A stretch of 63,852 nucleotides of DNA, filler included, from Squatina squatina (taxonomy: Eukaryota), in the NCBI GenBank assembly GCA_031763465.1. It is 4 parts of 4 records of this genome, joined end to end, with 100 filler letters (N's around TTAATTAATTAA, not from the genome) between each part and the next. Parts side by side here need not be neighbours in the genome. Positions count along the whole stretch, not along the records: positions 13,702 to 35,933 come from JARFOE010000100.1; 3 more parts are not named here. The stretch is one strand, 5' to 3'. A program made the translations under genes and the position numbers. This document shows, piece by piece, positions 13,945-24,927 of the stretch. Each line of letters opens with the position of its first letter. Positions within the stretch are counted from its first letter, which is position 1. The notes below the pieces were generated by a model. That model saw only the letters and a program-made list of their open reading frames with translations, made no database searches and was not told the DNA's origin.

Positions 13945-14754
13945 CTTTTAAAAAAATGTAATGATCACCAATTATACAGAAAACACGGCAGTTCCAAACA
14001 GTGTTCTTACCTGGTTTTCTGTCATATTCTTTCTAAAATAATATATTAAAAATAAAAATCGAATCTAGAAGCTATTTGGTAGCACCAGTAGTAAACTACT
14101 GAGCCCGCAGTCAGACTGAATCCTAACCCCAATTGACACTAAAACTAAATGATCTCCACTGGAGGTGACCTGGTCAATTTTTGATAGGATGCTAAATAGA
14201 GGACTTTACGGTCCACGTTTTCGATGGGATAAGAGAGATTAGCATGACTTGTGGAAGAGAGCCACACCATTAACGGAATATGAAATGATACTGACAGTAA
14301 CTCTGTTGAAAGTATTTTAAAATAAATAACAGAACAAAATGGTGATGAAATACAAATAGCCATCTCAGTTCATAGTATTTTCTGAGAAAACTAAAAACAA
14401 ATCTGAGTTTTTGGTGCTGCAATGTTTCTGAGAGTTTGGTTGAGTCTACTTCTGTAGCTCTGGAACTCTCATTAAACTTACACCTCCACTATAGAATCTG
14501 GAGCAGGGAGAAAATTTACATAACGTTAAGATTTTGCCCACGCATAGATACCACATGATCAATATGAAATTGTGATTACATTTCCTCAGTCAAAGCCAGT
14601 AATTTCTTTCCATTTTTGTTTTTCCATTTGTCAGTTAGCATTTATAATGCTAGAAATTGGGGGAAAAAAGCAGAAAATGATCTGAAACTCTTTCTTACCA
14701 TTTTGTCTTGTTCTGTAATTAATGGCCACTTTTATTTAATATAATTTTTTTCAC

Positions 14755-14887
14755 CTTTGTAAATCACTTCTGTTGCTGTGTGTCGCCAGCGTGACGATGG
14801 TGCAGTGCCACTGCATTCAATCTCCTTTACTGACAAGCTGATATTGGAGATGGCACCATCGTCTATGTCACATTTCAAACAAGGCAC
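14755..14887 (-). CDS. LCMT2: LCMT2/TYW4 internal exon, 5' boundary uncertain
   Basis: Encodes VPCLKCDIDDGAISNISLSVKEIECSGTAPSSRWRHTATEVIYK(G) with a phase-1 GT donor that fits the phase of the 13847-13944 exon. RWRH.ATEV is an LCMT2 motif. The upstream end runs into a SINE. Confidence 0.78.
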
Positions 14888-15012
14888 CTGCGACAGTGCA
14901 GCACTCCCTGCACTGAAGTGTCAGCCTGGATTATGTGTTGAAGACTCTGGAGTGGGACTGAAACCCTCGAATTTCTTACTCACAGGGATGAGTGCTGCAA
15001 TTGAGCCAAGGC
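14885..15012 (-). mobile_element. SINE 5' fragment abutting the LCMT2 exon
   Basis: GACAGTGCAGCACTCCCT...GTGTCAGCCT...GGAGTGGGACT matches positions 1349-1425 of the fuller copy. Confidence 0.8.
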
Positions 15013-15099
15013 GGACAACCTTGTGTTGCACCCATTATTTAAATCTAAATTATACACAGCTTGAGCTGCAAGCTCTCAGTTAATTATAACCATCGCCCT

Positions 15100-16045
15100 C
15101 CAGCTGAATGAATGCACGAGCATCAAAGGCTGCTGCTGTTGCTGCTCTCCCGGTTCTCAGTTTGCACAGGCGATGCCGACGAGTCAGGGGCCGGGCTGTA
15201 ACAAGTGTCAGCTGACAGGGTCACATGCTTAAACCTTTCCGATCACTTCAGCAGTGAATATCGAAATATATCCACAAGTGAAATAAATGCATGTAATTGT
15301 AATAGGATTGGCCTTTCACCGGAGGAAGTGCTTACAACCTCCAAATGAGGGACAATGGTGAAATCTGGGATGCAGGTGTTTAACTTACACGCGGAAAGGT
15401 TTTGTTTACACTAAGCGCATTTCTCTTGTGGAAAAAAAACTAAAGTTGTTAAAATAATGCACACGCAACCCTACCCCACCCCGCACGATTTGGTTGTCGT
15501 CTTTTACCGGTGCACCTGGAGCCCAAAAACATCGATTTCCTCCGCACTTGCACCAAGGAGCAAAACCAGAATCTAGCCTTCCTAGTTTACCCTCGAAAAA
15601 ATGCCGTGGCATTAACTCGATAATTCGGTAAATACTAACGCATAGAGGAAAATCTCGGGGTGATTGTTTTCATGTCAGCCTCCCTCTTTGTTTTGGCTAT
15701 TCCTATAACGGCGCTCCACTCCCGACAACGCTCGCCCTGGCGGCCGAGTTCCGCCCTCGAACCAATGGTGAGACGGTGACTGAGGTGCCCAACCCTCCCG
15801 CTTTGGGCGGGAGTCTCCCGGACTGGGTGATTGGTCTCTCGACAGCTGCTGCTGGCAACTCGAGAGGAACGATCCGTGTGTGCGAGGTTCGTGCATGCGC
15901 AGTGCCCTGGCTCTCCGAGCTTGCAGCCAATGCGCGCCGTCTGGGCCTTGCAGGTCACCACGCTATTGGGAAACTCTGCTTCATTGCCGGATATGAGGAT
16001 GGCGGCATCGTGACCAACCAAAATCACCTGGCAAGTCCGTGTGCC
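15100..16045. promoter_or_regulatory. CpG-rich island with promoter-like motifs
   Basis: Locally high CpG density, several CCAAT/ATTGG boxes (about 15762, 15830, 15927, 15965), NRF1-like GCATGCGCA at 15893-15901 and YY1-like GATGGCGGC at about 15998. Confidence 0.5.
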
Positions 16046-16233
16046 ATCCAAACAATGAGGGACAGCTAAAAACCATCTGGTCCATCGAGCCTGTCCTACA
16101 CAATGGCGATAGCCTCTGTATCACAACATAAACAGGCCAACCCACTTGAAGAAAGATTTTAAAAAACCCAGGCCAATTCTGGAAAATTCCTCTCCGACCC
16201 ATCTAGGCAATCGAAACAAGTTCAGAAGATCAA

Positions 16234-16558
16234 CAGATGCGAAATACTGCGGAAGTTGGAATCTAGAATACAAACAAAAAATGCTGGAAAACTCAGCAGG
16301 TCAGCCTGAGAGAGAAAAACAGAGTTAACGTTTCGGGTCGATGACCCTTCCTCAGAACTAAAAAAAAGCCAGAAATACAGCAAGTTTTAAAGCACTGACA
16401 GGCAAAGGAGTGGGGGGTGGGCGAGGGAAGGACAAAGGGTAACATAATAGTGTGATTGTTTGGCAGGCAGAAGAGATTAAGAGATGATGCAAGGCAATCA
16501 GAGGTGGTAATGGCAACATAAGGAAGCACATTACATCTCGATAGGGTGTGAACAGGGG
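16234..16558 (-). mobile_element. Penelope-like element terminal-repeat fragment with 7-bp target-site duplication
   Basis: Flanked by the direct repeat AGATCAA (16227-16233 and 16559-16565). Carries a hammerhead motif. Same family at 16836-17076, about 27355-27425 and 49890-50065. Confidence 0.7.
16323..16359 (-). ncRNA. Minimal type I hammerhead ribozyme motif (Penelope-type)
   Basis: Minus strand AGTT-CTGAGGA-A-GGGTC-ATC-GACCC-GAAAC-GTT-AACT: stem I AGUU/AACU, CUGANGA box, stem II GGGUC/GACCC, GAAA box, loopless palindromic stem III (ACGU) and a GUU cleavage triplet. Confidence 0.8.
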
Positions 16559-16835
16559 AGATCAATGTTGTCCTGAATTCCCTGCAGTACCTACCTTCTA
16601 GAAGAGGTGATCTCCGCCCCAGCCAGAAACAGGTCCAGCTCCCGCTTGATGGAATTCAGTGAGTCCAGATCCACCAGACCAGACAGCAGCCTGTTCCAGA
16701 GGGCTGGGGGAAGAACAACTTCCTGACATCTAACCTAGATCTATACTTACACAACTAAATTTGTAACCCTTGGTCCTGCCTAACCTATTTAGTTTGAAAT
16801 AAACTGTCAGCTGGAAAACAACCAATTCTCTTCAA

Positions 16836-17076
16836 AAGCAAAATACTGCGGGTGCTGGAATCTAGAATGTAAACAAAAAATGCTGGAAAAGCTCAACAGG
16901 TCAAGCAGCTTCTGTGGAGAGAGAAACAGAGTGAACGTTTCAGGTCGTCTCGGTTCTGCTGAAGGGTCATCGACCCGAAACGGTAACTCTGTTTCTCTCT
17001 CCACAGATGCTGCCTGACCTGTTGAGTTTTACCAGCATTTATATCCTAGATTCCAGCATCCACAGTTTTTTGCTTT
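16836..17076. mobile_element. Inverted pair of Penelope-like terminal repeats (about 240-nt hairpin)
   Basis: Left arm 16836-16946 is the imperfect reverse complement of right arm 16971-17076. The right side carries a mutated hammerhead (CTGCTGA...GAAACGGT). Confidence 0.8.
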
Positions 17077-18202
17077 TGTACAAGAGACATCAGATTTGCC
17101 AGATTACATCGAAATGTGGAAAAATAGGCGATTATCATGCAATCGCTGGTCATTATGCTATTTGCAATGGCAGTGAATTGTCAGATATTACAGGTGACTA
17201 CAAATGTTCTATTTATGAAAAACAATTCTCAACTCAACAAGGTCTTGGTCAACACGAAAGACGTGTACATCCTGAACTACAAAAATATTAAGCTTTTATC
17301 GGCCAACTTGTTTGCTAAAAAGACCAGTAAAATATCTATTTGGTTTGACGGGGAAGCAGCTCTCCTTCCAGAACTTGAGAGCAAATATCGGAGCCAGTGG
17401 AATACTAACTTACAAAAAGTAATGAGCTGAATCAAAAACACACAGATTTCAGACAAGAGGAGGCTCTAAAAAGGAGGCTTTAAAGAAAAAAGCTCCATCA
17501 ACAGCTGGCAATACAACCAGGATAATTGCAGCCGCTGAACTTCCTCGCCAAGATCTGACTCCAAACCCATTGAAACAAAATTCATCCTAAAATGTTCCTT
17601 TATAGGAATATTTGACAACTGTGGTTAAAAAAAAATCAGCTGCTGAAGCAGGAAGAACTTTTCCATGATGCAGATAAGGCTAGACTATGGATCGGGCCAA
17701 GTTGAATCGATGACTGAATCCATGATTAATAAAAATTAAGTAATACTTCCTGTCGACACCTATAATTACACAAGGACTCAGACACTATATCATGAAGTTA
17801 GGAAATGTTTGGCGCATCAAATCATGTGTGCCCCCTGCAATATGAATTGTCCTTTCACTAAAGAGGAATTAGAGAGCAGTTTTGCTATTAAACTATCCAC
17901 TCTCAGTAATAAAGCAGACAGCAAACACTTTGCTGATTATTGTGGGTAACCAAACTGTGAAAATCTAATGAAGGTGACTAGTTAGTCTAGCTTTGTATGG
18001 AATGAAACAGGGTTGTGCAGCCAGCCCAGATGATACAAAAAGTTCCAATCTTAAAGATCTCTGTGATGAAAAAACACTAATCCCTGGAATATTCGCTCTT
18101 TGGCTTGGAACAGCCACTATTCCAGACTGTTTAAGGAGAAGCGGAACTGTTGTAATTCCAAAAATCGAATATGCTTCTCTTCTCGAGCAGGTTGACAATT
18201 AG
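17077..18202 (+). mobile_element. Degraded R2-clade non-LTR retrotransposon, N-terminal half
   Basis: Broken ORF with, in order: a CCHC-like finger (KCGKIGDYHAIAGHYAIC), a C2H2 finger (YKCSIYEKQFSTQQGLGQHERRVHP), a Myb-like start (IWFDGEAALL), a pre-RT block (YTRTQTLYHEVRKCLAHQI...CPFTKEELE) and RT regions 0-1 (MKQGCAASPDD...IFALWLGTATIPDCLRRSGTVVIPK...VDN*). Confidence 0.75.
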
Positions 18203-19473
18203 GGTATGGGACAATTCAAATGCCTTATTACTTATCGACTCTGTTCGAGTTTTCCAGCTCCAGCTTTTTGTGAATCCTATTGCTCCTTGTTCCTTTTGTC
18301 CCTATCACTCAGATAGGATCTGGGTGCTACTGAGTGAAGGCATCTGCTGTCAACGCCCCGTTTAGTAGAATCTGGGGCCCGGAGCAGCAGAAGCGATCTT
18401 CTAGGGCCCCACAAAGATCGCTTGGTCTGGTGCCACTGCCACTTTGAGACCCCTCCCCCCATCCCAACTGTGGACCCTCCTGAATTCATTACCTTAGTGT
18501 CCTCAGCTAGCGCCTGGCGCGGGCGCTAACTGGGCGCTGAGGCAGTAGCACCATGGCACGGCGTGTCCAACGACGCACACCTAATCCGCCCCACCAAAGT
18601 GCTGCCACCACGAGTTAGCACCGGGGACTTCAGCGCCGGGCAGATTGTGACGTCAGTGAGCGTGTTCACTGGGCGCCCGATCTGCAAAAACCCGAACAGC
18701 AACAGGGAGAAGAGGGGTCTAGCATGCGGAGGATGGCTCCAGAGGGTGCTACTTAAGGGGATCACGAGTAATGAGTCGCAGCTGTCAGGTCAGTGGTGTT
18801 TCACTCTTTGCTTGTCCGTTTAACATTGCGTAAAAGTTGAATTCAGTCATTTAAAGATTGTTTAGACTCTAGAGTGTTGTGGCTACTAAAAATTAGTGAC
18901 ATTTTTATTCTCACAACATTATCAAAGTGCTACAAGAGAATGAGGTTCTGCATCATCATTGAACTTCCCCGTTAAGAACTGGAAAGAGCCTGTGGCAATG
19001 ATGACTTGCGATTAGGCTGCACCTGATATTGCTTAGTGCTATGAGTGGGACACCACTGAGCTGGGTCCCTGGGCTATCATGAATTTCTCCCCCTCTGCGC
19101 AATGCATGCTGAAGAAAGCCACGATACAATAGATACAATAATGGGAAAACTGTAATCGAATCTCACTTACACAAATTTAACATGCATAAACATTCTAGTA
19201 CCATGTCCTGGAATTACCCAAATATTTTTAGTTTCCTTATGTTCCTCTTCGATATCATTATACTGACACTGTATAAGACATGGCATGATGCAATGGTTGG
19301 CAGAGATAAACTGCTCAGAGACATCAGACTGATTTATTGCATGTCTTTACAAGTTGTTAAACCTGTTCAACGCAAGGTTTTTTATTTTCCAAAAGTCCCC
19401 CACCTGATGTATAGATACCCCTTTAATAATTGATATTTTTTTATATTCATTTAGAATAGCACCGTAAACAGTT

Positions 19474-19690
19474 TTCAAGGGGCCCACATTGCTCCTGACC
19501 ACCCTTTGTTTCCTAATATAATTTTTAAAAATGTGTTGATTTTGATATCTCCTGCAAGTTTCCTTTCATACTCCTTTCTGTAGCTCTTACTGCCTGTTTT
19601 GTCACCTGTTTCTTTGTATCTCTTCCAGGCACCAGGATCTGTGCTAGTTTTTGTACTTTTGAAAGCTTTTTCTTCTAGTTTTATGTACAA
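19474..19690 (-). mobile_element. CR1-type LINE ORF2 fragment
   Basis: Translates to ...AWKRYKE...KEYERKLAGDIKIN..., the pre-RT linker of CR1 ORF2. Confidence 0.55.
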
Positions 19691-19945
19691 TTACCCCACA
19701 CCCAGTGCCAACTTCATGCTGCCTGCTCATTATAGTGATTTCTGCATGCAGCCAGTGCTAACTGTGTCATTACTTCCCAGCGCTCCTTAAAGCTAACCTG
19801 CACTGCCTGGACCTTTTAAATTGTGGCTGCTGGGGGTAATCATTGGGAATAGTGCTGTGCAACAATCAACAATGGCTGACCATGGGAGAGAACGTATAAC
19901 AAGGTTTTCAAATACAACACTGGAGAGCTTGGTGGAGGGGGTGGA
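19690..19945 (+). mobile_element. Harbinger Myb/SANT-like gene start (remnant)
   Basis: MADHGRERITRFSNTTLESLVEGV, cut by a gap. Same RFS..LE.LV..V motif as at 12693 and 24773. Confidence 0.55.
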
Positions 19946-20388
19946 NNNNNNNNNNNNNNNNNNNNNNNNNNNNNNNNNNNNNNNNNNNNNNNNNNNNNNN
20001 NNNNNNNNNNNNNNNNNNNNNNNNNNNNNNNNNNNNNNNNNNNNNGGCGATGTTACGGAGGTGGAAGTAGGCGGCCTTAGTGATGGTGCCCATCTCGAGT
20101 AATGTGCATAAGCCCTCTGCTGGCTCCTGATCGATGGACCATACCAGGTGGTAGACTTAGACAGGTTGAGAGTGTCCCGGCCTTAGATTTCAGTTTCTCA
20201 GAAAAGCAGAGCATTCCTACTTGGACAAGATTTCTCCCATCACTGAAGTCCACATTTGAGTCCTTTCCAAACTATAATCCTGTTTAGCAAGAATGCCTGA
20301 TAGCATTTGCCCATTGTATCACTGTCAAAAGCCTCACCAAAGTCAGCAAGCATTTTCAATGAAGCATGTACTTGAAAAACAATCGTAC

Positions 20389-20578
20389 CCATTTGAGCTG
20401 GTCTCATTTCATCAATGCAGCCTATGAGCTCCACGAGTTCCTGCTTGTTTTTAATCAGAGTGGCTTTGCGCTGAACGACATCTGGAAAATCAACCTCATA
20501 CATAATCACATTTTTCAGTTCCCCACTTGCCTTTAGCCGAAAGTACAAGGAATCAAACCCAGCTCCAAGTGAGAGGAT
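20389..20578 (-). CDS. LCMT2: LCMT2/TYW4 exon (SAM-dependent methyltransferase motif I)
   Basis: CAG acceptor and GT donor, 190 bp. Encodes ILSLGAGFDSLYFRLKASGELKNVIMYEVDFPDVVQRKATLIKNKQELVELIG. GAGFDSLYFRL and EVDFPDV match LCMT2 rather than LCMT1. Confidence 0.9.
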
Positions 20579-21855
20579 CTGTAGAAATGGGAATACATAC
20601 CAAGCTCTGGTATTAAGCTTTAATGTACTGTACTCAGTGACTGTCAGAACACAAATGTTCAGATCAAGTNNNNNNNNNNNNNNNNNNNNNNNNNNNNNNN
20701 NNNNNNNNNNNNNNNNNNNNNNNNNNNNNNNNNNNNNNNNNNNNNNNNNNNNNNNNNNNNNNNNNNNNNCAGAACAACTGCCAAAATCAATGTGGCCATG
20801 GTGCCTTTAAGGAAACTGGTTGGTGACACGCCATCAAGTGATGTCATCAGGACTGCTTCCTTCAATTGGCTGGGAACCTCGCAGGGCGAGCTTAACACGC
20901 CCCATCAACGGAAGATCCTTCACACAGTGCGGGCATAAGCCAGGAGCGGGGTCACCACCCGCCACTGACCCCGGCTGCCACGGTTGGCGATATCGCAGCT
21001 ACAATGTCAGTGGCATCATCAGTGATGCTGATCAGATTGAAGTCAGCAAACATGGGAAATAGTAAAAAAATCTGGACAGAAATATCTCCATATAAATTGT
21101 ATTACGTTTACATTTGCTGCAGCAATAAATTTTCTGACTTGTGAAGCAGATTATTTCTGGCTGTTTGTGGAATATGATCTCTGTGATAGTGTTTCTTTAA
21201 TTCGAAGGAATCTCTGAACAAAGAATAACATTCTCACCTTGTAGCATGATTTACTTTGGTGAAGAAATGCCACTGCAATCTTTGAAACATTTAATTGTGT
21301 GGACACCCTGCTCGGTTCCTTGCTATAAAGGAACAATACCAGAAGTGTAATGCAGTACTGGAAATGACAAGCCCATTAATTGCTACTGTCTGTGGCATAA
21401 AAATCCTACCCTGTTAATCAGTCTTTTATACCTAATTGTAAGATGCATATGACAGTGGCTCCTGGGAAATGAGTTTCAATATAAAAGGCTGATTCACTAT
21501 GTTTGATAAATCCTAATGCACAGTTACAACAAGCCAGGCTGCTGATAGGTGAAGTATGAATTAAAAGAACAGTTGTCAAAAAATGGATCTGGAACAGGAA
21601 GTCAAACTTTCAGATGTGCTTTGTACATCAGCTTGATGTGTATTGGTGCTTACAGTGGGACTAATGTTGAGTAAAACAGTAAAAGTGCCAGGGGATGTGT
21701 TGGGGCAATGGACAGATAAAATGAATTGATTAATAAAAAAAGTCACGTGGAGCACNNNNNNNNNNNNNNNNNNNNNNNNNNNNNNNNNNNNNNNNNNNNN
21801 NNNNNNNNNNNNNNNNNNNNNNNNNNNNNNNNNNNNNNNNNNNNNNNNNNNNNNN

Positions 21856-22686
21856 CATGGAGTATTTTCCTTCCCTATGTGTCACACTTCACACTTGCCT
21901 GTATTAAATTTCATTTGCAATTGTTCTATTCATTTACATATCTTGTCCAATTCACTTTGTAATTTCTGAGCTGCCTCCTCTGATTCTGCTGCTTCTCCCA
22001 GTAAGGTATTGGCTTCTAATTTGACCAATTTATTGAGTTTCTGAATCCAGGTGATTCATGTAAATTAGAAACAGTGGTGGTCCCAATGCCAAGCCCTGAG
22101 TCACCCCACTCCGTGCTCTGATAATTCATTTAATGAGGACTCATTCTTTCCTACCCTTCAGCCAGTTTCTTATCCATTCCCAGGACTTATCCTTAATTCC
22201 TACAGCTTTGAGTTTGACTCCTGCAAAACTTTGTCAAATATCTTTTTGGAAATATAAGTAGACTATGACATAGGGCTTTCCGCAGTCCACTCGGAAGATG
22301 AGGGGGTTGGTCAGGCAGGATCTTCCCCTTCTGAATCCATGTTGACTGCTGTTTACTCGGTTACTATTGTACAGATAATCCTCAAGTCCGCTGATAATCA
22401 ATTCCATTATTTTACATGGAATGGATGTGTTACTAATGTTTGCTTGTGTCTGTTTTGTTACTCTTTTTGAATATGGGCACTACATTAGCCTATTTCCAAT
22501 TGACTGGTGGAGTTTATGATCAATTTTATGAAGGAACATCTTGTGTTAACTTTTTTTGCTTGTCCCCAGTGTCCAGTGACACCCTCATGATTGTCAGTGC
22601 TTTATAAATCTTCTTGCTAGTCTCTTTCAGAACTCTACGATAAGTAACATCTATTTGTTTTGAGCCCTCTCAGCCTATCTAAAATT
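21856..22686 (-). mobile_element. Degraded CR1-type LINE RT region
   Basis: Minus-strand remnants of S.QHGFRRGRSCLTN, VYL.FQK.FDKV and GVTQGL.LGPPLFLIY. Confidence 0.7.
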
Positions 22687-24469
22687 NNNNNNNNNNNNNN
22701 NNNNNNNNNNNNNNNNNNNNNNNNNNNNNNNNNNNNNNNNNNNNNNNNNNNNNNNNNNNNNNNNNNNNNNNNNNNNNNNNNNNNNNAATGCTCCTTTTAA
22801 AAATTTATTTTAATGTCCACTAACTGCTTCAAATGAACTTACATTAACAGTAAAAATAAATGGTTATGTCTTTTTTTTGATTGATCATGGTTTAGATTTG
22901 ATGCAGACCATCTGGTAAGAGGGCAGTGTGAATTGTTCGGAAGCAGTCATTTAAGCTCAGTGTCGCTGCTACTGCTGCAGAAATAGACAAATCACATCTG
23001 CTAATACTCAACAAGTTTGTTAGATGTATTGACAAATTGTTTCCTACATGTCATATTTGAAAAGTACAGAATTAGAGATAATTGTATGTCAACCTATTAT
23101 GCACTAAGCTACTGCATTAAAATGTAGATAATGTACCTATCACCTCCCTTGTCAATTTAGAAAATTACTAGTTAAGACAGTGCAATTGGATTTCGATCTG
23201 ACCTGTCTCTCTAACATTGCCTTTGGCAGAGACTCTGATAAGCTGCTACTTTTACAAAAGCATACTGTGGGATATTTCTAGAAGTTTCCTTCACTGTTCT
23301 GATGTGCAGCTTAGGATACAAACTGCTGAATAGCCATAATAATCAGTGTATAATAACTCCTATATACCAAGCCTCCTGGAATTCTCTCCCAAAAGCACTT
23401 CACCCCACCACCTCCTCCCTTCCTTAAAAATTCTTCTCTGTGGCCTCCTTAAATTTTCCTTCTTCTGCCTTCCACCCAATCACTAACCTTACCCTTTGTT
23501 CTTCCCTCTTCCCCCACCCCCACCATTTCCCGTCCACCCATAAGTGCTTTAAAAATTNNNNNNNNNNNNNNNNNNNNNNNNNNNNNNNNNNNNNNNNNNN
23601 NNNNNNNNNNNNNNNNNNNNNNNNNNNNNNNNNNNNNNNNNNNNNNNNNNNNNNNNNCAGGATAATTTAGAAACTCTGGATGTGATGCTGTTTATTGGTT
23701 TACACGCATTGTTAAAATGAGTTACGTGATTTTCAATTGTTGCTGAGATTTGACTGTATATTGATCGCAGTGCTGAGTGCTTAGTGTACTTTAGGACAGT
23801 TTTGTTATACTTTAAATGGCCAATTGACAGTCATGTCTACAACTGTTTTATATCACGTGTGTACATAGTGAATGCATTGAATTTTAAACCTTGCCTTTAG
23901 AAAATGAAATGTGCAGCAATAAAAGCTAGATTAAACAGATGTCACCTTTCAGCATCTCAATCCCATTGATCTACCTTCAGCACACACTCTGTTGACCAAT
24001 TTTGTTACTATAGCAGCAGAGGTCAGATGAGTTGGGTGCATTGGTTTCCTTGGATACTGATTCTCGATATCTGCCAGTCATAGAAACTACTTGTTAGGAA
24101 GCAGCAAGAAATGGGATCCCAGGATGTCAACCCCTAACATGGATGTTGGAGCATGATGCTAATTAGTGTACACAATAAAGAAACTGCTTCTGTCGCTATC
24201 TGCCTGTCTCAAAATAGATACTTAACAATTGACAGAATATAAATTTTACTCCTTTTTTAATTTTAACAACAGTCATCAGTGCTTAGTTGCTTTGTGGAAT
24301 GGTGCCTAAGGGATGATGGAAACTGTTCCAGGTACAGATTTTGAAGAGGCATAAAGTAGCAAAAATGACTGCATACTGCCCTTTTGCTTTTTTTTTGTTG
24401 ATTCTGTACAATATAGGACATTTAAAAATGAATGTCAACAAGCATGTAGTTTTTTTTAAATTAACGGAC

Positions 24470-24927
24470 CTGGGGCTCGAAATTGGGTGTAGCCATGCTT
24501 GAAATGCTGCATCACTAATTAGCGCCAAAACAGCACCTGGCGTCAATAGCGCCATGGAGATCCCAAATTCGCTTATGTTTTTCTGCTGACCAGGTGTGGC
24601 GCTGTTGGAGGGGCTGACAGCTGCCTGAAGGCGCTGTTAGGGGTGCTCTCTTGACTGCTCACAGTTCTATCAGGTGACCCAGATCGTTCAGTTGCATTCC
24701 CAATAGCTTCATTCATATAAAAGCCTGGCGGCTCACACTTCTGCAGCTTCTTTGGCTCAGTTGTGAAGAAAAATGTCAGTTGTCCATAGGAGTCATAGAT
24801 TCTCTGATGGGGTTCTTAACACACTGGTGTCTGGTGTGGAGAGGAAGCGCTGCCCCAGCTGTTCACTGTGCCACCTGGCAAGAGATTTCAGAAGTGTCAG
24901 CTTCAGATGTGGAGCCAAGGACACCTA
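24470..24927 (+). mobile_element. Harbinger-type element 5' part with Myb/SANT-like remnant
   Basis: GGGGCTCGAAATT terminus, TATAAAA at about 24716, then MSVVHRSHRFSDGVLNTLVSGVERKR and, frameshifted, TWQEISEVSASDVEPRT. Confidence 0.55.

Larger units (their letters stand above)
16060..16835 (-). mobile_element. CR1-type LINE 3' end, interrupted by a Penelope-type insertion
   Basis: Minus strand reads CTCTGGAACAGGCTGC...GACTCACTGAATTCCATCAAGCGGGAGCTGGACCTG (W-N-x-L...K-R-E-L-D C-terminus), followed by a 3' UTR that continues on both sides of 16234-16558. Confidence 0.6.

Noticed and set aside
18217-18225. CAAATGCCT just after the R2 relic, resembling the 28S target flank TAGCCAAATGCCTCG
   Set aside because: Only 9 nt match, and the relic breaks off mid-RT without an endonuclease or 3' UTR, so this is not a real 3' junction.
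21228-21322. Minus-strand AG...GTGAG segment (KEPSRVSTQLNVSKIAVAFLHQSKSCYK) as an upstream LCMT2 exon
   Set aside because: Phase fits, but it lacks the expected RGYY.R..A motif and lies across a gap.
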